Shown: one piece after another, positions 24,573-39,171 of the stretch | How the letters are laid out: each line of letters opens with the position of its first letter | How positions within the stretch are numbered: the first letter of the stretch is position 1 | From: Carcharhinus longimanus | Lineage: Eukaryota | Direction: 5' to 3' | Assembly: GCA_030264375.1 (NCBI GenBank) | Contig: JASCQW010000109.1 | Span: forward strand, 54,534,709 to 54,598,708 | Length of the DNA stretch: 64,000 bases | Notes under the pieces: model-generated | The model's input: only the letters and a program-made list of their open reading frames with translations | Database searches by the model: none | What the model was told of the DNA's origin: nothing | Made by a program: the position numbers and the translations under genes

Positions 24573-27558
24573 CTAAAGGGACAGGAGGAAATAAAATTCA
24601 GCCCAGTGATACAGTGTCATAACAGCAGAATTTCTGTGAGCGAGCAAGTGTTGTGATGATATTATGCATTTAGGAAATGCATGTATATATGTTTATTGTG
24701 AGGTCAGATTCAGATCTAAATTCAGATTTTACACAGTGCCACGGTTTGGAGCTCTCCTGTCATGTTTTAGCCCTTTAAGTTAAACCTTTGAAAGATGTTT
24801 TGTTTCAGATTATATCCAATTCTCTTGGGCCTTTCTTTCCTGCTCCTCGTTTCTACTGAATATAACCTTTAAAAATTATAAACCACAGAAATTACCTCTG
24901 AGACTACAAATGATTAAATTATTAAATACTTATCTGACCTGTTGTGATGTTCAGCTCAGTTACACTGGCTAATCCCTGGGTTACACCAGAGATTAAACTG
25001 TAACGTTTCCAGCATAAATAATCAGAAAAATCCAGCATGTCTACCCCAAATCCCAGACCCTAAGCTCAGTGTTGGAGATGTTTACTGAGTCTTGGGCAGT
25101 GAAAATTAGCCCACTGGAAATTTAACCCTCCTGGTCACAGCACATATGTGTGTGGCAAGACTTTTGCAGGATCCTGACACATAATACACACCTGAATCCA
25201 GATTTTGCTACTATTGACATTGGCAGATTTGGGCAAATATTTTTAACATGTTCTCCTTTACTTACCTTTCCTCAACATCCAACCTCCTTCCACTCTGCCT
25301 ACACAGATCCCCTTTACCACTTCCGAAGCCTGACACAGGCCTGTGGTTGCACGCTGCTCTATTTTACTTTGCTAATTGGCCATTCTTCATACATCAGCTC
25401 AAACAATGAGTATTGACAGATTAATTAACCCAAGGGGCCAATCAGCCTGATCCTATATTCTGACCTCCCATACACACAGACCTCCAACAAGGATGACTAA
25501 ATTGCAATTAGCACCAGAATGCCCAGCTGTTTTTTCCCTTCCCTCATCTCCCATCATTGAAGCAAACTGTAGAGGTGTCTCTGCTGTCAAAGATGAGGTT
25601 AGCTATCTCAGAAATGATCAGTATTGGGCCTGCGATTTATCTGGTGCACATGTCTCACGTTGGACCACCCACTGAACCTATTTTTACAATTTCTAAATGC
25701 TGTCGAGAGGAATTTGGATCCTTTGGCAAAGAGCCGGCACAAAAACAATATGGCTGAGATTTGACATTAACAAGAGTGCAGTAGCATGTAGGCCACCCCT
25801 TATGCAACCATCAGATTCCACTTTCGATTGTCACCAATGGAAGTTAAAAGTGGGAGGTGTGTGTGACAGGCAGTTGATTCAAGATTGTCCTTGCTAAAAT
25901 TGAATTTCATCCTCGATGAGCCAAAAGGTCTCAACTTGTGCGGGAAAATGATACTATTCCTAACATTAAACACGTAACCAGGGTCAACATTAATTAGCAG
26001 TTACTTTGATATATCACCTAATATCTCTGATCCTTGTAGTACATGACCTAGTCGCTTTGTTCTCCTAAACATAGGAGGTAAGCATTCTATACAAATGTTT
26101 TGTTTGGTGCTGAAGAAATTCATAAACTGCTCTAGGTAGGCTAGAAGTTGTCCAATTTTCAATTACAAATTTAAGTACCTAATAAACATTTGAGCTAATA
26201 CCTATTTTTATATGTTGGTTGGCATGGCGATGATACATTAGGGGTTCACAGCAAATCAAGATGCTGTACAAATTATCTAATTGATTTCATGATGTTTTTT
26301 CACAAAAAAATTCTGTTTTCACTTTTGTTGTCATTCTGTGTTGGTATTTTGATACCGGACTCCAAAGGATTAATCAATGTGTTAGATAAGCTAGAGAAAA
26401 GCCTTCAAAATGACTTTGCATTATTACATTTGGAAAAAAAATCAATAATTGGAGGAAGAGTAGGTGTTGTGCTGGTGGATGGTGGTTTAATCAGATATAC
26501 AAATTCAACAAAAATTTGTTGGCAGCCACTATCAGCATCTTCCAGTTGTTTCCTCTTTTGCAAGAAACTGTGCTATGCAGGGGTTACAGATAAGAGATTT
26601 TTGCAACCAAGATGTACTGTTCAACGATGACATTGAAATAGAATTTAGACTACAATGACCAAGATCCAAGCAGCTGTTTGAAGTGCAAGTTTATGATCCT
26701 GGCATCAATTTCTGCTTCAAATTTATCTTCTCAGGTGAGAAAACCAGCAAAATATAAATCACATGATCAAAAAAGCCTCTTAACGTTAAATAATACCCAC
26801 AAATTCCAGCAGGCAACCTGGAGCATGTTGCTTCCCTCACAGTCTCCTCAACTAATGTCTACTGCTAACTCCTGCCCTTTATACTGATCACAAGGAACTT
26901 CAGCTGCCCGGACAAAATAACGCCTCTTCCTCCCTCTGCAGCACCCTCTATCCAGCAACTCCTGCAACCAAGCTACCGTAATGAATTTCATTCCTTTGAA
27001 CTCAACTGGGCCAGTGGAAGGAGGGACCCTGACATTTGGGTAACCCAACGTCTCCACAATTCTTGCCTAAGCTTGCACCTCAGACGGAATAGTTCCGTTA
27101 ACTACCAAGGCGCAAGCTATCGTCTTACAAGATGGAAGATGGCCACCACCGACTGCTCTAATGCTAAACCAGTGTTATCCACTTCATTGGCCTCTTATTG
27201 CAAATGGCTAACTGGGAATCCAGATTTGGTTGATTGCATTTTTGATGAGTGAATAAAAATTGAATAACTGATGCTGTCATTCAGCATGTGCTCTCAAGGT
27301 GGGGGTGGGTGCAGTGTGCTTGGGCCCCAAAGTGGATGACGTCCCATTAGGATTCAGGGCTGTGGAGGCCCTATCAATCTTAATGATAGAATGTTATTTG
27401 TTGATTGTCATGGCCTGGTGTTTGTTTGTCAATGCCCTTCCAGGAAGAAATCTGCTGCATGATCTGAGCCTTTTGGCTAAGATCAAGCCCAAGGTGGGGT
27501 CTTTGCACTCTGAGCATTGGCTTTGTTAGATCTAGAAGGGAGTAAACACGTATACACT

Positions 27559-27566
<8 letters not shown>

Positions 27567-27627
<61 letters not shown>
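27567..27627. repeat. (CA)n microsatellite, ~30 units
   Basis: Direct reading. Confidence 0.97.
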
Positions 27628-27629
<2 letters not shown>

Positions 27630-28669
27630 CAGTGGATTCTGAGCCATTATTTATACTTAAGGTCTAGTTCAGTTTAGCTGCTAATTCTGGCCGTTTAAGG
27701 CCATTGCTCCTAAAGTACTCAATGTGAAATCAGGGTAATTGTAACTGCTTGTAATTGTGGCTCAGGTTAATTAGAGGTTAGTAAAATTGCGAGAGTATTT
27801 CAGGTTCCACATCAACACCAGGCTCTTCTTTGCGTTAAGGATGCTCTGTATCTATAATAAATTATGACACTTTTGATGTGCGTTGTTTAATGGCCGCTAT
27901 CGAGAAACATGCTTTTTTTAAGGACTGGATTTTACACCATGTTGTACTCAGGCAAAGTTGTCTCCCATCAAGATCATAAAGTTTAATTGCTGTTAAATGA
28001 ACAATTAAAGTAAGAGTATAAGTGCAGGAAACTGGCTTTCATGACAATGACAGTGGCAACAACAACTTGCATTTATATTGTGCATTTAATATATTAAAAT
28101 ATCCCATGGCCCTTCACACTAACATAAGCAAATGAGATTTAACACCAGGCTGAGCTATTAGGACAGACAATAAAAAGTTTAGTCAGATAAGAAAGTTTTA
28201 AGGAGGTTGAAATGTTTAAGGAGGGAAATCTGGAGCTTAGGGTCTTGGCAACTTGAATGCTCATCAATGGTGACAATTGAAATTGGGAATGTATGGGTCC
28301 CACAGGATCATAGGGCAGCAGGAGATTACAGAGGGAGTGTAATATGTCTGGGGAGGCAGAAGTCCCTTCACCAAAATCCCTTTATTCACAATCTCTAACA
28401 GCAGTACACAGAGTGCTAGTAGTTACCAGTCTATTTCCGGGGTTGTCAGAGGAACTGACACTCGTGGTTAAATTCAAGGCAAAGAGTCCCTGGTTGGCCC
28501 ATCATAGGCTCCTTAATCAGACAGTTCATACTCCAATAGGCCAATCTCACTGACCTGACTGAAGTAATTACAAGGACGTATGTGACCATGACGAGATTCA
28601 AAGGAAGAATGAGAATTTTAGAATTCACTTTATCATGAGTTATTGAATCAATCATTAGTAAAGTATATT

Positions 28670-28796
28670 GGGTGGAATTTTACAGCCTCGCTCATCCCGA
28701 AACCGTAAAATCCCACCTAAGCTCAACGTGCCCTCCCATTATCCACCCCTCACCCGCTCCGATTCCTGTGGCAGTCAAAGCGGTAAAATTCCGGCC
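28670..28796. mobile_element. ~127 bp MITE flanked by ATT/ATT
   Basis: GGGTGGAATTTTAC...GTAAAATTCCGGCC terminal inverted repeats with a 3-bp duplication. Confidence 0.7.
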
Positions 28797-29699
28797 ATTC
28801 TCTCGTTAAGATATCTTCAATTGCGCAAGACTTTGTAAATTCCAAATTGCTGCCATTGTTTCTTTATACCCGTTAATTCTGAAAATTTCTGTGACGCACA
28901 TGATTTGTTTTTTATGGCAATAAATTCAAATGCCAACTAAACAGAGTTTCAAATTACTTAGAATTTAATTGTTGCCCGGCAAGGCAGCGAGGCAGCTAAG
29001 GAATTCCTGCAATTTTAAGGCTCTGGGTAAGAAACACCCAGCATTAGGTAGCTGCCTTTTTACCTCCTTTCAAAAAAGCTGAATACCTTTAACAAACTTA
29101 ACATCTGGTATGTAATATCTAGAGTGGCAGGGATAAGACATTCACTAAAACTGACGGATAGATAATTATGAATTTATGATAATTATAAGACTTTTGGCCT
29201 GCTAAATCCTTCTGCCAGGTGCCAAAGATGATTCCGTTCCAATGTTTTAATATAGATACTGGCTGATCTTCTCTGCCTCTGCCCTAAAGACACAGGCTCC
29301 CAGATTATGCTCCGTTTTGCCGCTGGTGTTGGTTATATGGAGCCCTGGAGCAGGAGACTGGTGAGGAGTTTATTTCTGATGGCTTCAGATGTGGCTGGCT
29401 TTGATTAGCATTTCAGGAAAGGTGATAGTCGGGTCATGTCATATGGACAGATCATAAAATCACTGCTTAATGCTGGTCTGACATTCAACCTTCCATTTTG
29501 GACCTCAGGGGTGCTGTGAACACTCTATTCTAAACATGCACAATAAATATGCACTCAATTGCATGAGAACCCACACTAGTGCTACTTAAAAGATCCCTGA
29601 GCAGAAAGAATGCTCTCAGTCACGGAGTCTATAGTGGAAGTTTCTCTTTGGCTGCAAGACATGGAAATGAGGCAAAGAAAGCAGAGAGGAGAATCTTTG

Positions 29700-30125
29700 C
29701 AAAGAGTGAGGGAGTGGACATCTTTCAATAGAAGGCTGTACCCTCCTAGGATCATCAGGGAGTACTTCTCCACCTCAACCAGGACCAGTGTCTATGGCAG
29801 TTATGCTTCACCAAGCAGATGGCTACCAAACTGTGCCGCCTCTTCATGCCAGATCTGGAACCATAGAGTAAGCAGAGGATGGTGCTACCGGTGGCTGTCA
29901 AGATTACTGTTGTCCATAATTTCTATTCCACTGGATCCTTCCAGACTGGAGCTGGCTACAGAGCCAACTTCTCTCTGCCATGTATCAGGTCACTGAGGCC
30001 CTGGATACAAGGAAAGGGGATTGTCATCTCCCTAAGCAGAAGAAGGTACATGACTCTTTCAGGTTGGTGGGCTTCCCAGTGACATGGAGAGTTTTCGACT
30101 GCATGCACCTATATTTGTGGCATCT
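29700..30125 (+). pseudogene. PIF/Harbinger (HARBI1-like) transposase remnant
   Basis: Frameshifted pieces RRLYPPRIIRE / LPVAVKITVVHNFYSTGSFQ / QVTEAL / GFP..WRVFDCMHL resemble the HARBI1 motifs FYATGSFQ and GFP.V.GAIDCTH. Confidence 0.75.
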
Positions 30126-30895
30126 AAATGGGGAGCTGAAAAGTGTTTCAATCCATGAATGTGCAGTTGGCATTGGTCATGCTCTGTAACTGTTGCGGGG
30201 CAATTCAGGGATCATGTCTCTTATATTTTAATTTATGTGTCTGTTCATATTTTGTTTGATTTCAGTGTAACACATACATGGTTACATAGAGCAAGCCCAG
30301 AGAGCCAGGCCTCACCAGAGGGAAGAAAAGGGTTAATGCAGACAACTAGAGGCCTGCTCTGCTGACAGATAATGATTAACGCATGCTATCAACTTCTAAC
30401 AATAATAACACGCAAGAGATCTTTCTGAGTTATCACGACAATGGGAGAACCAGCATTGAGACAGCCAGGCTCCATGAAGTCCAGGAAGGTCATAGTCTTC
30501 TGGAAAATATGATCACCCAGCAGAGGGGGGGAACGATTATTGTAAATCAGTGCTTTGGTATTATAATTGGGTAAATGGGAAGTGTCCGGATAAATGATTA
30601 GCAATGGCATACTGAACAATGTATTTGCATGATGAGATTAAAAGAACCATCTTGTATCCAACTCGAGGAATTAATATGATAATGTAAAACTTTGCGACAC
30701 AGAAAAGTATAATAGCCTGTATGGATCTATGATGGACAGACAGAACTCGCAGGCAACGTGAGATTTCAGGCCTGAATTCATCTCTCCCTCATGCATATTG
30801 ATAAAAAAAATTCTTGAAGTTCAACACAGTCTCCAAAGCTTGACTTGTTTTATTTCCCTCCGGCAGTAACCAATTCAATCTTTCCAATTTGTTGA

Positions 30896-31970
30896 TGTTT
30901 GATTTGATTTGAATTGATTTATTATTGTCACATGTATTGGTAAACAGAGAAAGGTGTTGTTTCTTGCACATTATACAGACAAAGCATACCGTACAAAGAG
31001 ATGGAAAGGGGAGAGTGCAGAGTGTAGCATTACAGTCATAGTTAGGGTGTAGAGAAAGATCAACTTACTGTGAGCTAGATCCATTCAAAAGTCTGATGGC
31101 AGCAGGGAAGAAGCTGTTCTTGTGTCGGTTGGTACATGTCCTCAGACCTTTGTATCTTTTTCCTGAAGAAAGAAGGTGGAATAGAGAATGTGTGGGGTGT
31201 GTGGGATCATTGATTGGCTGCTTTTCCGAGGCAGCGGGAAGTGTAGACACAGTCAATAGATGTTAGGCTTGTTTGAGTGATGGACTGGGCTTCATTCATG
31301 ATCCTTCGTAATTTCTTGCAATCTTGGGCAGAGCAGGAGCAATAACCAAACTGTGATACAACCAGAAAGAATGTTTTCGATGGTACATCTGTAAAAATTA
31401 GTGAGAGTTGTAGCGGACATACAAATTTTCTTAGCCTCCTGAGAAAGTAGAGGCATTGACTGTTTTTCTTGACTATAGTTTATTTGTTAATTTAGTTTAT
31501 TTATTAGTGTCACAAATAGGCTTACATTAACACTGTAATGAAGTTACTGTGAAAATCCCCCAGTCACCACACTCCGGCACCTGTTCAGGTACACAGAGGG
31601 AGAATTTAGCATGGCCATTGCACCTAACCTGCACGTCTTTTGGATTGTAAGAGGAAACCAGAGCACCTGGAGGAAACCCACTCAAACACGGGGAGAATGT
31701 GCAGACTCCACACTGAGTCCCAAGCTGGGAATCAAACCCGAGTCCCTGGCACTGTCAGTCAGCAGTACTAACCATGTGCCACCGTGCTTCTAGCATGGAG
31801 TGGACCAGAACAGATTATTGGTGATCTGAACATCTAAAAACCTGAAGCTCTTGACAATTTCTACTTCATCCCCATTGATGTAGACAGGGACATGTCCTCC
31901 AAGACACTTCCTGAAGTCAATGACTATCTCCTTCATTTTGTTGATATTGAGGGAGAGATTATTGTCATCA
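30896..31970 (-). mobile_element. Rex1/Babar-like LINE 3' fragment, interrupted by a SINE
   Basis: C-terminal motif DPTHPTHSLFHLLSSGKRY...NRHKNSFFPAAIRLLN and a (TCAAA)n tail. Confidence 0.8.
31478..31788 (-). mobile_element. HE1-like SINE, alternative tail, inserted in the Rex1-like LINE
   Basis: Complete head, core and tail; LINE sequence continues on both sides. Confidence 0.85.
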
Positions 31971-32335
31971 ATGTTAGATTGATGATATCAAGATCTAATC
32001 AATCAGGATCGACTGCAACTCATATGGTGAATATGTTAAGTTTAATCAGTGTTTATTATAGGATACAACAAGACTTGTTATACAGCAAAAATCATACAAT
32101 GTGACATGTATCGAGTGCCAATCCAGGTTGGGCAACATGGCTGGTAAGAACAAACAGCTCTTTCTTCTCCCTTCTTTCTTCTCTGTGCCTCACATTATCA
32201 TGATTTCTCAAACTACCAGAGAGTGTTTGCATGGATCTATCTTTAGGAGTTTCTCGTCTACTGAGCTCTTCCAAAGGCTCTTACTTTAAAACCCTTTCCA
32301 GGCGTTGAGTTTGATGGATTACTGACTAGGACAGT

Positions 32336-33425
32336 AAGGTATAGCAGCAGAATTAGGCCATTTGGCCTGTAGAGTCAGCTCTGCCATTCAGTCATGGATG
32401 ATATGATTCTCATCCCCATTCTCCTACCTTCTCCCCCTAATCCTTGATCCCCTTATTGATCAAGAACCTATCTATCTCTGTCTTAGACACTCAATGATCT
32501 GGTCAATACAGCCTACTGTGACAATGAGTTCCACAAATTCACCACCCTCTGGTTGAAGAAATCCCTCCTCATCTCAGTTTTAAAGGAGTGTCCCTTCACT
32601 CTGTGTTTGTGCCCTCAAGTTCTAGTCTCTCCCACTAGTGGAAACATCCTCTCCACATCCATCCCATCCAGGCCTCATTGCATTCTGTAAGTTTCAATTA
32701 GATCCCCCTGCATCCTTCTAAACTCCACCAAGCATAGACCCAGATTCCTCATATGACAAAACCTTCACTTCTGTGATCATTCTTGTGAACCTCCTCTGGA
32801 CCCCCTCCAAGGCCAGCATATCCTTTCTTAGGTATGGGGCCCAAATCTGCTCATAATATTCCAAATGGGGTCTGACCAGAGCCTTATACAGCCTCAGTAG
32901 TACATCCAGCACTTGTATTCTTGCCCTCTAGAAATGAATGTTAACATTGAATTTACCTTCCTAACTTCTAACTGAACCTGCATGTTAACCTTAAGAGACT
33001 CCTGAACCAGGACGCCCAAGTCCCAAGGCTTCAGACTTTTGAAGCCTTTCCCCATTTAGGAAATAGTCTATGCCTTTATTCTCCCTACCAAAGTGCATAA
33101 TCTCACACTTTCCCATGTTGCATTCCATGTGCCACTTCTTTGCCCATTCTCCTAACCTGTCTAAGTCATTCTGCAGCCTCCCTACTTCCTCAACACTACT
33201 TGTCTCTTTACATATCTTTGTATCATTTACAAATTTAGCAACCATGTCCTCAGTTCCATCTTCCAGATCATTAATGTATATAGTGAAAAGTTGTGGTCCC
33301 AACACTGACCCCTGTGGAACACCACTAGTCACCAGTTGCTATTCTATCCCCACTCTCTGCTTTCTGTCTATCAGCCAATCTTCTATCCATGCCACTACCT
33401 TGTCTCTAACACCATTGGCTCTTAG
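32336..33425 (-). mobile_element. CR1 LINE RT/3' fragment
   Basis: ORFs TSGVPQGSVLGPQLFTIYINDL...FVNDTK and LYKALVRPHLEY. Confidence 0.9.
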
Positions 33426-34285
33426 TTTAAGGCCTTATTGCCCTATGAAAATTTACTTTTTTTCGAAATATCCAATAAAATGTTGAGTTCTTTATCTAAA
33501 TCATGGGATGAAAGCTCAACTTTAATGTTATCTGCCTGCCATTAACTTCTTGAGTCTCTGCATGCACCTTCTGCCCTTGATCAATTAGACCATTGTACAG
33601 TCACATCTTTTCCACAGCTCAACCCAGCTGTTCTCCCTGATCAATTGCATCCTTGCCAGAAGCATTCCATTTTCAGCCATCAAACTAACTCTGAGAAGTT
33701 TCATTATTCATATCTGCCCATCGTGATTTATTTATACCCAAAGCTGTTCATAATGGCCAATCAATCCAGCTGTCCTTGCTTCTTATCAGACTGTTGAACT
33801 ATGGTGATTCACCAAAGTTCACCATTCCACTTCTATATACCAATTAATTTTTACATTCCAGAAAGCAGCCTAATTAGCCAAGGTTAAATGAAAATCCGGA
33901 CACAACCTTATAACATGGTAATCCATGTCAAGTGTTTAGTCAGTTGCTGTCCCACGTTTGCAAGTATCTTGTCTGACCCTGGCCCCTTCTCAAGATAGCT
34001 ACAACTACAACTATCATCACCTTAGAATAATCATTCCACTAGAGTTGTTTCGAGTGAAATGAAAACCTAAACAGATTTCAGCCAGCAAAATTTGCACCGT
34101 TAACCTTTGTCTATTTCAAGTTGAGTGTACATATTCTAACCATATTTCTATCATCCACTTGATGAATCTTTGTTATCCTGGACATAGTCACGATGACTTA
34201 TCCAGCACTTGGTAGCTGATTGCACCATCTTGAAACCACCACTTCAAACTAGCTGGTGGCTGCTCTGTAACTGGGTGGCTCATGA

Positions 34286-34702
34286 TGTCCACTGCATGAA
34301 CGAAGCCCAGTCCATCAAACCAGCCTCCCACCCACTGACACTGTCTACACTTCCCTCTGCTTCGGAAAAGCAGCCAGTGTAATTAAGGACCCCACGCGCT
34401 TCGCACATCTTTTTCACCATCTTCCGTTGGGAAAAAGATACAAAAGTCTGAGGACACATACCAGCAGACTCAAGATCAATTTTTTCCCTGCTGCCATCAG
34501 CCTTTTCAATGTACCTAACTTGCATTAAGTTGATCTTTCTCGACACCCTAGCTATGACTATAACAATGCATTCTGCACTCTATCTTTTCCTTCTCTATGT
34601 ATGGTATGTTTTGTCTCTATAGCGCGCAAGAAAAAACTTTTCACTGTATACTAATACATATGTCAATAATAAATCAAATCAAATCAATATCAAATCAAAT
34701 CA
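34286..34702 (+). mobile_element. Rex1/Babar-like LINE 3' fragment
   Basis: Homologous to 30896-31300; ends AATAAATCAAATCAAATC. Confidence 0.8.
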
Positions 34703-35749
34703 AAAACCTGAAAAAGTACACATGAGCCGCACTCCTATGAGATTGCTGTGAGCAGGAACAGCCCAACAACAACAGTTTGTTGTGCCTTTAAGGAATAAAA
34801 CATCTCCAAGATCTTCACAGAGGCATTATAAAAAATGACGCCGAGTGATATTGGGCCAGTGATCAAGAGCTTTGTTGAAAAGGTAGGTTTTAAGGTTTGT
34901 CTTAAAGAAGGGAAGCGAGGTAGAGAGGCAGAATGATTTACGGAAGGAATTCCAAAGTCTAAAGAGCTAAAGGCAGGATCATAAGAAGTAGGGGCAGAAG
35001 TAGGCCATTCAGTCCATCAAGTCTGTTCCACCACTCAGTTAGATCATGACTGATTGTAAATGATAATTCTCAACTCCATCTATCCTGCAAAGTATGTGCA
35101 GTGCTGAGCTGGTCCCTACAAGCATCAGATCAAATGACGCTGCTCCTTCTGGTCTTCTTACCCTTCATTGCCAGGCTGCAGTTTTTGGATTTCTGAAAGA
35201 ATAAATGCACATGGAGAGTTGAGCGGAGGGAGGGCGGGGTAGGTAGATGGTTAGAAGATGGTCACAATATCTGCAGCTTGTATTTCATACCAGATTGTGA
35301 GAAGGAAGATAAAGTAGGATTTAAGAAGGTGCAGAGGACATGAACATACCATGATGCTGGATAGTGATGCTGATTATAGAAGCCTTAATGACTGCTGCAT
35401 CAATAATTCACTTTGCCTGTCCCCCATTGGTTCTTTGCTACTGCTGCCTGTTATATGTCACCTTGTCCTTAAAGAGGCTGGGAAAGGTGTCAGTGAATGT
35501 GTTGTAAAATGTTTGGATCAGGTGTCTGTCATAGCCGAATAGCTGGCAATATGTGGAAGCTACAAAATAGGGTTATGAGATTTGCAGCAGTGGTAAGTGT
35601 GCAAGGGTGAGGTGGAGCATGTGAATATTTGGCGTGAGACCTGATTGCTAAGGTTTGCTGATGGGTGAGCGATGGGGTATGGTGCATGGAATAATAATGT
35701 GTGTGATTGGTGGTGCGATGGGCAGGAGATGGGATTTGAAGGTACTTTC

Positions 35750-35925
35750 ACTAATGTAATTGAATCTTTTGTCTTTGGATCTAAACTCCTTGCAGTAACC
35801 TCCATGATTACCTGCTCCCATTCCCTTTGCAGGAAATGCCTCCTCCTTTCCACTTCTTAGTTTAAAACAACCATGCTATGTAAGGAATCCTCTCTGTGGC
35901 CTGTTGCATCCTTGCTGCTCCATTG
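35750..35925 (-). pseudogene. Harbinger Myb/SANT-like ORF remnant
   Basis: EVERRRHFLQREWEQVIMEVTARSL...LVKV, homologous to the 59970-60170 remnant. Confidence 0.6.
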
Positions 35926-37469
35926 CTCCTCTTTCTTCCTTCTGTGAAACACTTTTCTGGACACTCCCTTTTAGCAGGTGCAGTATTATTATAAGAAGCG
36001 CAGGTTCAAGTTTACCCCTTTCTACATCTCTCACTCTCTCCCCTCCTTTGGAACCAAGTTCTTTGACTAATGTTTTAGCCACCTGTCCTGATATCTCTTA
36101 ATTTAGCTTAATGTCAAATTTTGCTTGAAAGCATTCCTGTGATGCACTTTGGGAAGTTCTGCTTTAATTTATTTTTCATGGGATAAGGGCATTTGCTGGT
36201 TGGGCCAGAATTTTTTGATTATCTTTAATTGTCCTTGTGAAAGGAATTCCAGGATTTTGACCCAGCGCCACTGAAGAATGGTAGTTACAATTCCAATTAG
36301 CTGGTGGTGTTCCCATTCATGTTCTGCCTTGTCCTTTGAGGTGGTAGGCTCTGTGGGTTTGAAAGATGCTGTTGAAGAAGCCTTGGTGAGTTACTACACT
36401 AAATCTTGTAGATGGTACACATTGCTGCAACTGTGCTTTGGTGGGTCAGGAGTGAATAGAACATAGAAAAAGTACAGCACAAACAGGCCCTTCAGCCCAC
36501 AAGTTGCGCCGAACATATCTTTACCTACTAGGCTTACCTCTAACCCTCTACCTTACTAAGTCTCATGTACTTATCCAAAAGTCTGTTCAAAGACCCTATT
36601 GAATGTTGAAAGTGGTTGTAGGGTTTTTTCCAATGGTTAAGTATCGAGCTGAACTTTATCTAATATAAAGACTTGCGACAACATTATCCTGGTGAAAAAC
36701 GTTCTTTATTAACCAACATGTGCTGGGAAACAATTGCTGGACAGTCCAACACTTCTCTGAAGTTACATCACATTGACAATATAATTATACAATTTCCAAA
36801 GTCATTTCATATGCCTGCTGGCTCATCCCAGTCAGAAATGAACCAAACAACATTAGCACAGGTCAATTATTATTAGTAAATATCATATATATTTGCCAAT
36901 TAAATTTATTTTCTAACAGCATGGGAACAATAGTTACAAATGATTTTTGACCGACTTTCCCAAGGCCACCTCTTGGTTGCTCCAGACCATTTGATTTGAT
37001 TTAATACTTTGTCTATTCCTTAAGCTGTCTGGGGGTCACTAGCTTTGTCCTTGGCTGATGAAGTATTCTATTCATGAAGACTGTCTAGAGCTCATGCTGA
37101 TAAGAGCTATGCTTCTGTGAGTATGTTGTTATAAGGAATTTGATTCACTTTACTTGACTACTTTCCATGATGCCTTAGAACTCTGTGCCATTAGCCAAGA
37201 TGTATGCTTTTTCAATAACACACTTTACAAAAATACATGTTTGAATTCTCTAACTGTGGTTATATATGTTTCTATGCAAATAGTACCTCTGTAAAATATA
37301 TGTATAAGGCATTCTGTGATTCTGATCTGAAGTTAATCCACTCTGTTTTAATAATCTTTCTTTGTTCTTTAGTCCCAGGGTATTTTGAATCCCTCTAACA
37401 GTGGTAGACGGGGTGAGGGGGTGTGTGGGGGGGAAGGGTCAATCTGCTTTGTCTTATCTATGTTAAAGA

Positions 37470-37783
37470 TCATAGAATCCAACAGTGCGGAAGGAGGCTG
37501 TTCGTCCCATTGAATCTACACCAATCACAATCCTACCTGGGCCCTATCCCCATAACGCCATGCATTTACCGTAGCTAGTCCTGCTGACACGAAAGGGCAA
37601 TTTAGCACAGCCAATCCGCCTGACCCGCACATCTTTGGACTGTGGATGGAAACCGGAGCACCAGAGGAAACCCACGCAGATATGGGGAGAGTGTGCAAAT
37701 TCCACACAGACAGTGACCCGAACTGGCATTGGAACCCAGGTCCCTGGTGCTGTGAGGCAGCAATGCTAACCACTGTGCCGCCC
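37470..37783 (-). mobile_element. HE1-like SINE, CR1-type tail
   Basis: Complete copy. Confidence 0.88.
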
Positions 37784-38394
37784 AAGATGTCATATAAAAA
37801 TACAAGTTATGGCTGTAATCTTTCCAAAGCACAAATATACATTACCTTCATTTGCTTAAACAGAAAAGTGACATGATTTTCAATAACGTTGCCAAAAATG
37901 AACATATTTTTATTATAATTTAGCAATAATCTAATTTATGCAGTTATTCTTCAGCAGTCACCACAAAATTATTAACACAGTTTGAGAAATATTTGTTCAT
38001 TAAAATTGGAGCAATTGGATTTGAAAGGGCATCATTAATACTAGTATGAGATCCTCCATATCTTGTGTAGATAATTACAAAAAATATGCATTGCAATTTC
38101 CCAGGAGGAAATCAACAGAAGGAAGCTTGTTATTTTATTTAGATAGAATTTGACTTGTTGAAGGGCATATATTGTGTCAAATTTATAAAGTGAAAAAAAA
38201 TGAAAACCCTCTGGTTAATTAAATTAGATTTAGTGAGAGCCCTAAGACTCCAGTAAAGTTATGACAAATCACTTGTGCTCAGTACAAAACCAGATTTGAT
38301 AAATAACTTACACAATTGCAGATTTTTATCTGTCTTAACAGATAACATGACATATAAAGTACACGCAGAATTAATAAACACTGTTAATTTTAAA

Positions 38395-38700
38395 TAAAAC
38401 CAGAAAATGTTGGAAGTACCCAGCAGGTCTGGCAGCATCGATGGAGAGAGAAACAGAATTAATTATTCAGAATAATGACCTTTCATCAGAACAGGAAAAA
38501 GTTGAAGATGTAATAGGTTTTGAGTCAATCCAGAGGCAGAGAAGGAGAAGGGGAGAGGACAGCAAAAAAATCTGTGGTGCGCAGGAGAGATTGGACAGCA
38601 AGGCTAAAGGAGATGGTAATGTACTAAGTAACAAAGCAAAAGATGGGTCCAGGAGAGGTGTAAGTGGAAATAGCAGAATCTTCGCCAACAGTTGCAGTGG
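38395..38700 (-). mobile_element. Penelope-derived terminal fragment
   Basis: AAACCAGAAAATGTTGGAA...CAGGTCTGGCAGCATC; related copies at ~46560-46647, ~49365-49445 and ~60495-60626; CTGATGA motif on the minus strand. Confidence 0.55.
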
Positions 38701-38931
38701 GCAGTCACTCTGTATTTAGTCCCACTGCTGGTCCCGTCTTGGCATCAGGACTGGATGCAGACCCCTTCTCAACATAGCTCCTTGCTATATTTCTGGATGC
38801 AGCTTCCCAGTGCACCACCTGGGAGGCTGGTAAAATTCTGCCCAATACATTTTATTATAAAGGTAAAACATTCACAAGTAATTACTTAATCTGTGCTGTG
38901 GGCAGTTTTATATTCATTTCTGAGTCAGTAT

Positions 38932-39171
38932 TGTAATGTGCCTTTAAGAGATAGCAGCATGCCATCAATTTAAAGGAAGTGTTTCATATGATCTAGCCTC
39001 AGTTTCACTTTAGCCTGGAGCAAGCACAGACACACATCTCTGATGTCCTCAAGATTTCTGTCTGTGAATATCTGTTGATATATGACTAGAATTGATAAAT
39101 GAACCCACTATGTGTTTGCATACTCCCTCATGAGTGATTGGTGCCTTTATATCATTATATGATAGACAACA
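38932..39171 (+). mobile_element. 240 bp TGT...ACA element (solo-LTR-like) flanked by a GTCAGTAT direct repeat
   Basis: GTCAGTAT at 38924-38931 and 39172-39179. Confidence 0.6.
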
